A stretch of 64,000 bases of DNA. It comes from Raillietiella orientalis (taxonomy: Eukaryota). Both the position numbers and the translations under genes were made by a program. The stretch lies in assembly GCA_036172245.1 (NCBI GenBank), contig JAYWIR010000014.1, positions 868,001 to 932,000 of the forward strand. Reading direction: 5' to 3'. A model generated the notes under the pieces. The model made no database searches and had not been told where the DNA came from. It was given only the letters and a program-made list of their open reading frames with translations. Shown here one piece after another: positions 24,961 through 37,100 of the stretch (positions within the stretch are counted from its first letter, which is position 1; every line of letters starts with the position of its first letter).

Positions 24961-26859
24961 TTCAAGCCCAGCGTTCCGTGGAGTGGACCGAGATGCTCTC
25001 TCCTCTGCTTGCTGCTCTCTTCGTTCTTCCCTTCGGACTTCGCCGATGCAGATCTTTCTCTGACACCCTTTTCCTAGCCTTAGCTTTCGGACCAAGTCTG
25101 CTTTCCAAACGGGCCTTAAGTCCTCTTGAAATCGCAGAACTCGTTTGCTCTTGTTGACTCCGCTGGACTTTGTGAAGAAAAGGAACCTTCACGAACCTTC
25201 CAAAGGGAGCACCAGCTAAACACTACGCGGGAGGATATTTGAAACTCATGCCTTCTCTTTCGCTGGCGAATTCTTTCTCGGATGCGTTCCTAGAAGAGCC
25301 TTTTCTTGAGAAGACTCTTTGTCTTACTGGGTGCACCGGCTAACACACTCTTCTAATGACTGGACATGGACCTGCTCGGTCGAGTATGCAGAAGACCATC
25401 AACCCAAGCAAGAAGGTGTGAGACCTAACAGCTAAAATGGGAAGCTGAGTTGGGGTCGACAAGGTCCTCACCTCAATAAGGGACACCACACCAGTAAACA
25501 CGAGGAAGATAGCGACTGGCTAGGTGGGGTGTTTCCTGGAGCACAGAGGAGTCATCAAAACAATGAGAGGCCGGTGGCTGGAGAACTTCCGGACTCCGGG
25601 ACACCAAGCGCTTGCTCCCGAAGCCTGCTCTGATGGGCAAAAACTCTGGTCTTTCCTTTGGATGAAGAAGTGGTACTCTGTTGAATAGTTCGATGCTTCC
25701 CATCCGGGGGCAACACGCGATTGCACTTGTATTGGGGTTTCCCGTGCAGCCAGCCATAGCACCACTTGGCAGGGCGGAATCCTTCCCGAACTGTGCCAGG
25801 TGAGGACGATCGAATCGCTCCTCCATTGCTTTAAGACTGCAATTTTCCATAAAGAGGACGGTAAGGAGTGATGGGAACCCTCTTGCACCCGAAGGATTGC
25901 CCTCTGCAGCTCCTGTAGAGGTTCTTTTCTCCCTCAAGACCCCTGAGTCGTCGTGCCGCTGGAGATGCTGTGCCGCTCCGTGCACTGCATCTTTGCAGTA
26001 GTTGCCACTCACCACGCGGTGGAGCAGCTGCCGCATGGGAGGACGGCAGTCCGCCTCATCCCCTTCCACAATGAAGAGGGTGGAAAGATGCTCTCTCTTG
26101 CGTCCGGAAATCAAAAAAGGTGCCTCTTGCAAGGTAGACGGGCTGTAAGGAAGACCGAAGCAGTTTCCCGGTGACCCTCTTCTTCCTGCACCTGCTGATC
26201 TCTTACTCTTTTTATTGTGTCTTTCCTAAATACAGTACGTTGGATTTCTCTCTCTAGCGTGGGACCGAGGGGCCGACCTAGGAGTAGGTACAATCCTTGA
26301 CCGCGTTCTTATAATCTGCATCATCGTTTGCAAATTGAAGCAAACGTCACGGCATGATTGGGATTAAAACGACGAGGGAGCTGGATGGATGAAGGAAGCA
26401 AGTGGCAGGCTGCGAAAGAGCTCTTTCGCAAATCTCTTAGAGGAATCCTGAGTCTTCTGAATGAATCTCGTAATCTCATCACGTGCAGAATTTGGAAAAC
26501 GGTGGAGCGTCGAGTTTCCTGGACGCATCATTCGAGCCGAGAGTGGTTTGGAGCGCAGCATCCTGCAGGGATCGCTCGGAAAGGCAAGAAATTGTCACAT
26601 AACGAATCAGCGTTCTGGCGTGAGCTCCAGCACCCTTCCCGGACAGGAGCCGCAAACACACCCGTCTGCCATGCGCGTTCAGACTCGCGAGCAGGGTCAG
26701 CGTGGCGCTGCACGAACCGTTGCTCTTGCCTTCATCGGTCTCGGCCGAATGCATGCAGCTAGTCGTTGAGCGCTCCGTGAGTGCTTCACGGGCCCAGAAT
26801 GAACGAAAACGAATCCGAGACGGAGATCGCTTCCCAAGAGAGATGAAGGCAAAACAGCT

Positions 26860-27125
26860 TGTTTCCCTAGCAACGTTCCACATACTCGATGGCCATGCGA
26901 TCGTTGGCGGCTGTTCCACTGGTCAACACCGCAACTCGCTGTAGAAGGAGCTGCCCGAGTATCTTGCATCAGCAGCTGCTTGCAAGAAGCATTTGCAGGT
27001 TCGCCAATGCAAGCACCCCAAGAGTTCTGTAGTGTTGGATTCGAACTTTCGTAGAGGTCTCTTATCCTTAGGACTCTCGAAGTCCTCTGGTCTCCTGCCA
27101 TGTCCGAGTTCAGTGGCTCTGCCAC
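26860..27125 (-). pseudogene. Degenerate copy C (inverted relative to A) of the same family
   Basis: SWGACIGEPANASCKQLLMQDT/LQRVAVLTSGTAANDRMAIEYVE versus copy A SWGAYSGEPANASHKQLLMQDTLQRVAVSLVKGTAVNDRMALEYLE. A frameshifting indel follows QDT. Confidence 0.5.
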
Positions 27126-27932
27126 AACTGAAAGGCACCTTCAGGCTCCCACGAACAAAGCCTCGAAAGACTGACGGGCACGAGTGCCTTCCGTCAATGA
27201 GACTCCTCGCCCACGGACACGCATATCCTGCAGCAACAACCCCTTCTTGTGTGTAGCAATCACTTCTCCCCGCTTTCAGCAGCGCTGTTCCCAAGTGAAG
27301 TTTGTGTCCGGCCTCTCTCCTGAGGGAGAGGGAGGGAGCGGTCTCGCGCAAACAGCAAAGGATCTCCAGCCTGCGGCACTTCTGAAAAGTGACCGGAGGA
27401 GCTTCTGAGAGAAGGAACTCATCTTCCGAGATCCAAGTTCCTCTTTCCTGGGAGAGAGAGCAGATCATCTCGGGCTACCCACACGCTTATCGGGGTGCAT
27501 GGAATAAATAAATAAATAAATTCGGCCAGGCAACGGAGGGAAGGGGAAGGGACTAGTGGGAACTTCGACACTGCAGTGAAAGACGTGCCCAAACCTTGGA
27601 AGAAGATAACTGCACACTAACTACCTCGTTCGCTTGAGCGATCTCTTCCTCATAGATCTTAATCATGCAAATGAATCACCTAGGTATCCCCACAAAGCTC
27701 TCATTTCCGAGTGGAAACAATTAACGCATCTTAAGAAAGGGCCGTGTCATCTGATGGACTCCCGTAATAGGAAGAAACAAAGAGATCAAAGGAAGAACGG
27801 AGAAACGCCGGTTCGGAGCTTCCAAATAAGAGGCAGGAATGGAGACGTACGGAAATTGGATTACCTTCCAGGAAACTATGGAAACCGAGCGAAAGGGGGG
27901 GAGAGAGAGGATGAGGAAACTACGGGACGATC

Positions 27933-28140
27933 ATTGCTGCTGAAAGATGAGAATCCCATCGGCAGCGGTCACACTATTCGAGATTCCCGCTATGACTTCA
28001 CTGTGGACGAAGTCTCTCCCCGTGGAACCATTTGCTGGCGAGTGCAGATCCTGAGGACGGGAGTAGAAATGAAGCGCAGGAAGCCGCCCTTTCGACACGC
28101 TCACGGCCGAAAAACTCCGCTGGCATGGGCAAGCCCCAGA
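27933..28140 (+). pseudogene. Degenerate copy B (direct relative to A) of the same family
   Basis: GSGHTIRDSRYDFTVDEVSPRG/LLASADPEDGSRNEAQEAALS versus copy A GSSHTF*SSHRDLSVKETPPRGPYLLESANSVVKRRTEAQEAILS. A 1-nt frameshift follows PRG. Confidence 0.5.
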
Positions 28141-31100
28141 TCTCCTCGAGGACCCACCCAAGAACAACCTCACCAAGAGTCCACATTCATGGACATGTCC
28201 AGGCAGAAGAGTTCATGCTACGAGCCGCCCTCGCTGAAACCCCAGCTTGCAACCCTTTCTCTTGCAAGCTGGGATGCAAGATTTCCCCGTTTGAAGATTT
28301 TCAGCTCTTCAGGTAGCAGAACATTCGTGGGTGGTTCCGGATCCTCCCTCGTTCCCTCCGAAAAAGGTTGCAGGAGGAAGAAAAGGTTCGCTCATAATTC
28401 GAGACAGCTGCCATGCGCAACGGATTGGGTGATCTTTCGAAACAGCTGGGGGCTCTGAAGCATCGAGACTCTTGGCTCCGCCAACGGCTCACTTCGAAAT
28501 CTTCGAGGGAACTCCTCGTTTCGTGAATTTTGCCCATGAAGGTCTTCCACCTCCTCAGCGTCTGGAGCACACTGTAACAAAAGTTCTCGAGCACGTGGGC
28601 ATATGGTTTTTGATCCGAGTAATCTGCACTGCTTTGGCTTGCGTCTGGTGTTTCTGCTGGTGGCTGCTCATTCTCAGTGCCTACTGACTGGATACCTCGC
28701 AAAAAGAGAGCTGTCTTCTACGTTTGCTATGTTGCTTACTGAGAAAGCAAACAAAATTCTTATTCTGCATCCAGTCAGCACTACGTTCATCTCGGAGGAG
28801 AACACCTGGCATGCTAGAGATGGCGAAAGTCAGAGAAAACCTTTGTGCTTCTGAAAGCAACTGAGAACTATCCCGAGAACAAAAAATTTTTGTTCTTTCT
28901 CAGTAAGGAACTGAGCAAAAATGGAAGACAACTCCCTTTTTGCGAGGTATCCGTGGGACCACGGTTAGTAGGTTGTTATCATAATTCAAAAGAGCAGATT
29001 AATTAATGCATATTGATCTTGTATCTCCATGGAAATTGGACAAAAAAACGCGTAGAGAAGCTAGAGAAGAGGTCGCATGTAGAGATATCAAGGAGCCAAG
29101 AACAAACAGCGCTTCCATTTTCTTTTTTGCAGCTTCTTTTTGCGGAGAAATTCATACTCTTCTGTTTCTCTTTTTTCTCGTTTCGAGTTGATCCTTTCTT
29201 GTCAAGCTGTTTCATGTTCGATGCGCTCAGATCTCTTTTTCCAATTTTGTCCCTTTGTCTTCGTTGGCGTAAAGAAGGGTTGCTCACCTTGTAGAATGAA
29301 GCGGAAGATGTCAAGGCATCGTCTACAAAAGCCCTTCCTTCAGCACAAAGCTCAATGGCTGCAGCATGCAGGTCATCGAGAGGGGTGCTCTATCTGTCTT
29401 CTTGAATGATTTCCCTGTCTACTGGAAATATCATCATTCCCTTTCTCACCTAGACTTGTAATCAGTTGTGCCTGGTTGAAGGTATTGATGGGTACCGATG
29501 CTTCGCACCCTTGCACTGGCAATGCCAAAATTGGTAGGAAGAGTCCAAACCTTATCCATATGCTGATGGTAATGAATATAAATTGTCTACGATAGAGGAG
29601 TTCCGAAAACTACTGGAAGAGTATTGAGTCCTGCCCCAGCCGCCGGAGGAACCTCTCTCTTCGGAAAGAAGCTCACTCGTTGTATGACTATGAAGTGATC
29701 CTATCGTCTTTCTACGATCGTTACTTATTCTTCCCGAGCTTCTGACAACAAGCAGTTCCTTATTGAAGCAGAAAAATTGTTTATGATGTCCTCTGACACC
29801 AACTGATGGCCTCATGAATTCTGAGAAGAGCTCAGCCCTGTGAGACACGATTCACAGCTTTGGATGATCGGATGATCTCCAGAAGTCATCATGCTCCTAT
29901 GGTTAGACGGCTTCACTGTTGCAAATGAAGGCTTACTTCGCGGTGGCCGAAATCTCAGGTCATTTCCTTACTTGCACATCCTTTTCTTCCATCGAATCTT
30001 TCCGATCGCCTCGGAATCATGTCACTTATTCTTTTCGAGAGATTGTTTTGAATCGTGCATGTGACTGTGCTCCCAAGAACGATACTCTGGAATCTCAGTG
30101 CGCAGCTGAACTTCTGATCTCTAAGGCCTTCTTTAGCCTGTGGTTCCTTACTTTCTGTATTCATTATTTGTGATTGTTCTTATTCAATTACATAAATCTC
30201 ACTCTGGTTTCTCCGACAGCCTTTTCTTCCCTTCCAGACTTAAAATAATGGATTTTCCATCCTGTGTGCTTTGATAGATGGGTGTTGTCATAGCTTCTTG
30301 CGTTCCGTGATAAACTGTTTGCTGTTCATCCTTTCATCAGGCTTGTGGACTTCACTACCTCAGCTAAGTCGCCAAGAGGAAGTATCTCAGCTTTGTGATC
30401 GGAGAAATTCCATCAGTGTAAGCTGGGATTATAGAGTTCTTCATTGCAATGCTCAAATAACAATCAGCAGTACGAGGCACCATCATCGTCCTACTCATCC
30501 CACTACTAGGTCTTTCTCATTCAGTACCTATTGAATGTGAAATCATGATGGACTCATCACGTTCTCATGTAACTCATGGAGGCAAGTTGGCGATTGCCAG
30601 CCATCTTCAAGCTTTGCACTGGAAGATTTACTGTTACGAATGGACTTTTGGATCTTCCATAAAAGACACCAGAGTACATCGTAATTCAGTGTCGATGCGA
30701 GCCACGCGCAAAGTACAGCCGAGCAACGCTTGCTACGTGTAATCTCGCTTTTCTCTCTTGAATCCTTCAATTCTCCTGGAGCTTTGGAATGCTGCATCAG
30801 TTCATGTTTTCAGAATATGCTGAGATCTCAGTCAGCAGTCTTCTGTTTGAGCAAAGTATTCATTTCGTGGGTTGTCGAACCTTGATTTGTGCCCAGCTTT
30901 CGGTGCAACATCATTCCGTGGAAATAGCAAACATCCATGGAATTCCATGGATTCGCGATGCTTCTGCGCAGAGTTCAAATTGCTCTAGAATGTCCATCCA
31001 TCAGTGAAGTGAAGGTCGTCTGTTGAAGCTTTTTTTTACTAATATGGAAATGCCATTCCAGAAGGACATACAGAGAACAACATCTCCGAAAAGTGTTCCT

Positions 31101-34100
31101 TGAAAGATTCATCCATAGTGCCGTGTCGTTCTCAGAGACTTCTGATAAGGGGATGATGATTCTCAAATCATGTGGATAGAATTTTTTTGCAGATCGGATG
31201 CTCTGAAGAGTAGCAATCGCTTCTCTGATGAGTTCTTTGCTCAGGGTCTTTCCATGCGAATTGGTTCAGTTCTACTCCTCCTTGGAATGATTTCTGAAGC
31301 TCCTCCAGCGTGTTTGGCTACCGAAAAGTCGGGAGTAATGTATTTGCTTCCCTTCAATTGGTGTCCAATCTCTCCGAAACTCGTGAGAAGAACCCGGAAG
31401 CATTTCTGGCCCGGGTTTCAAAACTCTCGTTAAAGGACACACGCTGAAGAACATCGTGCATGGGAGTGGAATGTTACTCCTAGCAGCGAACAGAAGATGC
31501 GATTGTTCTTGGGGCCCTGTGATTTTGGTAGCTTCCCGGAAGGCGAACTGGGCATTCGACCTTTTTCAGAATGAGCGCAAGTATGTGTGTGTTCACGCAC
31601 ACTTATTCCAGAAGTCAGTCGAACAGCCTTGGTCGAACAGTCTGCCATCGAACGTACCCTTTCGGCATGCGTTTCGGACACACACCTGGAAAGACATAGA
31701 AAACGGGTGAGGCTTGTGCTCCGGTCTGCATCGGTGCGTACGTTCGCTTGAGAACAGCGCCGGTTGCGACTTCGAAGAAAGAGAAACGAGATGCACTGGA
31801 GTTCCAGCAATATGACACATTTCTGGTTGCGGATGTTTTTGTCCCGATGGTGGAGATTATGAGTCGGTCCCATTTCAAACGCTCCGCAGCATTTATCTGA
31901 AATAAGCAGGCAGCATTAGCATCAGAGTGCATCTGAGAGCAACCATGAGAAGGTCCGCGGTTCTCATGGTTCAAACGATCCAGCGCAAGGTAGCAAGCAC
32001 GGCCTTCTCTCTCGTCACGAATCACGAGGATCAGAGAAAGACCAGGTCCAGCATCGAATTTGCCCACCGTGTGAAAGAACATTTTTAGTTTCGCGGAGAT
32101 TCCTCAAGATCTGCGGATGACATAAGGCGAGCCTCTTGAAACCGTCCCACCTCAAGCCTGACCCTGCTACGAGAAGTAGGACGGGGTAAGGGTAGAGAGA
32201 CAAGAAACTGCTTCAGTTGTCAAGGGAGGTGGCTCATGCTGTGTACTGAGCCACAGCTCTCGATCTCAAGTGGCTCGTGCTGTGCGTTTAACCACGAGAG
32301 GCAGCAAATTATTGTTGTGCCTGGACGAGCACTGCTCACGGGGAGTAGAGCAAGTGCAGGAGGTGTCTGGTATGTTAGGGACCCCTCGATTGCTGAGTTG
32401 CTCCCTTCATATCTGGTTGCTGACAAGCAAGAGGAACCGGAAGATTCTTCGTGTCTGTTGGCAACCAGATCTGGTCGATCCGTTTTTCTTCCCGCTCCTC
32501 GAGGCCGCGTTTCCGGAGCCGCGCTCCAACACTCGTCCTCTCGAGAGAGGTTGGAGTACGAATGCACGCATGGGCAAGGGGCAACGATCGTTTGCGCAGC
32601 AGGTGCCTCCTGGAGCAGTCCAGTCGAGAGGGAGGCTGGCCCAGCCTGGCTGCCTTACTCGGTGACCACTCCGACCGCACGAGCGCAAGGACTTGAGCGA
32701 CGGACTCAGAACTTGACCTCCCCCCCCTTCCCGAGTGAATCGCGCTGATGCTCCTGGTCCCCGCTTGTGTCTCGACAGCTCCGAGCTCCTTCCCCACATC
32801 CGGCGTATGAGGGCGCTCTTCCTGCGCCGTCACCTCCCGACGAGGAGAAAGCGTTCCTCCCGAAGCTGCTCCGGAATCCCATTCCAAACCCTCCTCCGGG
32901 CCGAAGTTGATGCCCATCGTTCGGACCGAGAACGTCCCACAGCAGCCCTTCCACGCAGAAGGAACCGACGGAGACCTTGCTCTGCATCTCTTCGCCCAGA
33001 GAAGGACCTTCGCGGCCAGCATCCTCAGCAGCGGCAGCCGCCCATCTTGCGCTCCATCCTCAGCATCGAGAGCACTTGTCCTCTCGGCAGAACCGTGACA
33101 AAGGTGGAGAAGGAGACCACCCTCTTCCTAGTCATCTGTGTGCTGCGGAGAGCGCGGGATGAGCATGAGACCTTTTGCTGGCTCCAGCAGTGAAGGAGGA
33201 CTGGTTGCGAGAAGGACCGGAAGCTCTTCCCTCCACTCTTCTCCCTTGTTTCTTTTTGTTCGCCTTCCCCTTTGCACTGCGGACCTCTCCTACCGGACCT
33301 AAACGCTCTGTCCCCTGTGGAGGTTCCTTGCACCTCACTCTGCGGTTTCATTCACGTCGTGTGACTTGCGACCCCCAGAAAGAACTGGATGAGACACCTG
33401 CACGCTGCGGGGCTGACCCCTGACCAATGCATCCTCGAGGAGGCGCTTCGAAAGAGTCAGCGTTGCGCCTTCATAGTGGCGAGATTCTCCAGGCAGAATC
33501 CATAGCTCCTTAGTCGCCGGCGCCGCTCCTGCGACGAGCGCAAGTGGTGCGCCAACAGCACGGCGCGCATTCTTGTGGGCACGACAGGGAGGGAGGATGC
33601 CTCTTCCTCAGATCCAAGCTCGGCTGCCGTCGATGGGCAGCGGCCAGGTCAAGGTGGCCTCCTGCTCCTTTTTCTCTCCTCAAATTCTAGAAACGGAAAG
33701 AGGAACGGAAGGGCTGCGTTCTGACAGAAGGGCAGACTCGGTCTTACCGGCGCAGGAGATGCCGGGCTGGGGAAAATGGCGGGAAACTCCTTTCTCCCTG
33801 AGCGCTGCGTGCCGGAAGCGAGCCCTTCACTATCCCCTCCTTACCCTTTTTTCAAGCGGACTGCAGTCGGACGGATTGCGCGTCCGATCCGAATCGTCAC
33901 CGTGCCCTGAGGCGTCCCTCAGACCTAAACCAGCTCCGGGTTTGCACTTGAAGACTCCACCCCTCTTCTCCTCAAGGGGCCGGTAGAGAAGCAGTTGGAT
34001 CCCTCTCCTACTGACAACGCTAAGGCGGATCTCGGGACAGTGCCATCCCCTGGAGAGGAGGAGGGAGAGGGGGAATGAAACTTTTAAAACCATCCGCTTG

Positions 34101-37100
34101 ACCCGGGGTTCAGGAGGAAGGGAGGGCCATCGCCGGCATTCCTTCCTTTCCTCCGTCCAGTCTGAAGACGGGAAAGGGCTCGAGAGACAGTGCAGAATGA
34201 CCTCCTCACAAGGTCGGACCAACACGAGATCGTGGGGAGTGGGGTCTTAGCGTAACTGAAGCACCCATCCCGAGACGCGATTCCCAGAGCGGTGATCTTT
34301 CTCGGGGAGCGCGGCGCACGCCCGCGGGCCAGCAGGGGAGATCCGGTGGGGAGCGGAATGCTCCCGGAAGGGAAGGGGAACTTCTGGCTTCGACCTGAAG
34401 GTGATGCGGCCGTCCCTTCTCCTATCGGCGGAAGCTGCAGTGGCTGCAACTTCCTCAACTTCCCTGAGTGCACCGTTTGCGGAGAAGGAATACCGGAGGC
34501 TTCCCAGTCAGGCTCCGCGCCTCCTCCTCCAGCACTCCTCTGGCTCGCATCCAGGCGAGAAGGGAATGCGGGCCAGCGGCTACCAGGCGGAGGAAGGGGA
34601 AGCAAGGAAAGGGAAGGGAGTGATTGGGGGGAAGGTGAAGACTCTTCAAGGAACGCTGAGCTCACGCGGTGGAACAGTGAGCTGCAGGTCAGCTCGCACA
34701 GCTCTGCCGTCCTTGAGAGATGCGGCGTGAGTGCGCAGCTGCGAGTCTCGTGCAGATCTCGTGTGTCTCATCAACGCAGCTCCCACGTCTTCAGGGAAAC
34801 AGTCTCGTCCTCCCTGAATGTCGGAGATCCTGCGTGCAGAAACGGGAAGACGGAGCAGGGTCCAAGAGAATGAAGAGAGACGGGAAAGGAGGCGAAGAAA
34901 CTCGCGCCTATGTCTGCCGGGGAAGGGACAGGAGAGGGGGCGTTCCTAAAAGGGCGTTTTGCCTCCGTGCTAGTTTTACGAAACTGATGAAGAGGACGGC
35001 AGAGATGACCCTCCAGATGACCTCGTAGCTTTCTGCCCGTAGGCGGAATGTCCCTACCTGCAGAGCGCCGAGCCAAGGTCGCGAGTTGCGCTTGCAGGAC
35101 TCTCACCAGGAACGCGGCGGGAAGCAGAGAATCGCCGCCTTGTCTTGAGGTCCCCACCCACTGGACACGAGGCAGCTGTGCCACTCATCCGCCAAACCAG
35201 GTACGCGCCGCTTCTGTGCTGAGGTCGGTCATCAAGGCAGCGTTGCACCCTGAAGACGACAATCGTAGGACGAGGTCCTAGACGCGACCCCATATCGACT
35301 CCCGGACCATCCACGATAACTGTGGAACGGTGGAATGGAGGTCGAGTCTGCACTGGAAATTCGTGATGACCTCCAGATGTTTCGTCATGGTCTCTTGTGC
35401 GGCACGCGATTCGGGCACTGAACGGAGCAAGCTCGCAAGGCACATTGGAGAGGGGGGTGGGAGGGGGGAGCCCAACTTGACATGTTCACCTGCGGGACGC
35501 TGACCCAGGATTGGAGCGTGATGAGGCAGGCGTAGCGGGCTCTCAGGAAGAGAACAGAACGGAGCTCCTGAGCGGACTCCTCCAGGGGCACGGGATATGT
35601 AATCCCGCGGTGCGAGCAGCATCTCTTCGCCGCGAGCATTGTGACAGGAGGAGGAAACTTCAGGAGCTTCATCGCCACAGAAGATCATTTTCGTTCTGCA
35701 GACTACGTGCGGCAAAGTGGCTCCTGTATAATGGAACCTCTTTTCCTAGGACTATTAGAAGTGGGACGTGACTAAGCGGACTCGCGTGTGAGGAGAAAAG
35801 GGAAATTAGGATCACCTGAAAACGCAGCGCTTTCAGGAAGTGCGGACGTCTCTGCATCAGATCCGAAGAGAGGGGACCGAACTCGACACGAAAATCTCCG
35901 CCATCACCATGGAGAACCCCGTCCAGAGGAGTTGAACCACGAACTCTGCACCTCTGCCACTGGGAAGTACGCGGAACGGAAGGTGAGGTCGAGCATGGAA
36001 TCTCCCAATGTTGATGTGGACGCACCAACTCGAGAAAGAGAAGGAACCACCCCAATACCCGAATTCCCGAAAGGGGGGAAGGAGAGAAGTTGCAAGTGAG
36101 GGTCTGATTTGTTCGCGCTCCCTTGAAACAAAGCAACCCTTCCATCCGCCTGTCCCGCTTGTAGATGCGGAGGAAGCGCTTGCCGCATGCAACTGCAACC
36201 ACGGTGGGCACCAGATCCGCAAGCGGGGGTGACTCGAGGGCTGGCAATGCTTTTGCATGGATCCAAGCATCCACTCTCGGAGGTATAGAGAATCCAGCAA
36301 AGACGGAATGCTGCAGAAACATGAGAGTTTTCCTCTCCCAATTTACAATCTGAATGCGTCTTCCTCCAAACAGAAAGATGTGGTACAGGTTTCTTCGCAT
36401 GTGATCGATACCGAAAATGGCTCTGTTTTTGGCGCTATTCGAGTGCGTTTTCAAGAATCTTCCCTCAGAGCAGTTATTTCGTGTTCGTGTTCTGTGGGCA
36501 TTTTCTTCATGTTCTAATGTCGCAGAGGAAGGGAATATTCACCCCTTTACGCTTCGTTCTACTGTTAAATAAACAGATAAGCAGTTTCACATGTAAGTAT
36601 AAAGCAAAGAGCGCAACCTTGCGTGAAGAAAAGTTGAAACCAAGCAGGAAAAAGAGGAAGAGCCCGTTTGGGATGGTGCTTCTCAATCGTACCATCCAAG
36701 TATTTACGTTGAGTAGAAAAAGGTACTTCACGAAGCTGATGATGATGCACTGATGAAGCTATTGAAGCTATTGACTAATTTAGCAATTCACGATGATCTA
36801 ATGATGAGGAGAAATATAGTATATCGTCTGAGCTTCCATGGTAGGCATCTCGCAAAAGCCAAGACTTTCTCAAAGGCACAGTCATTTTGACTATGGTGCG
36901 ATAACTCAGCGATGACTTAACAGTTACAGATTGCCTTCATTCAATCGCATTTGATCACTTTTAAAACCATGCTTTCCGAAGAGTCAAAGTCAAGCGTTTC
37001 CCATGAGGATGCACTAACAGTAACTGCGATGAAGGCAACTGTTGTTGCACGAGAAGATCATCATGACTGACGTCCTCTGAATTAAGTTGGAAAGTTTAGT

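Noticed and set aside
29400..31430. Possible decayed coding sequence in the AT-rich island (similar impression at 39850-41000)
   Set aside because: Stops in all frames and no recognisable motif; needs a frameshift-aware search.
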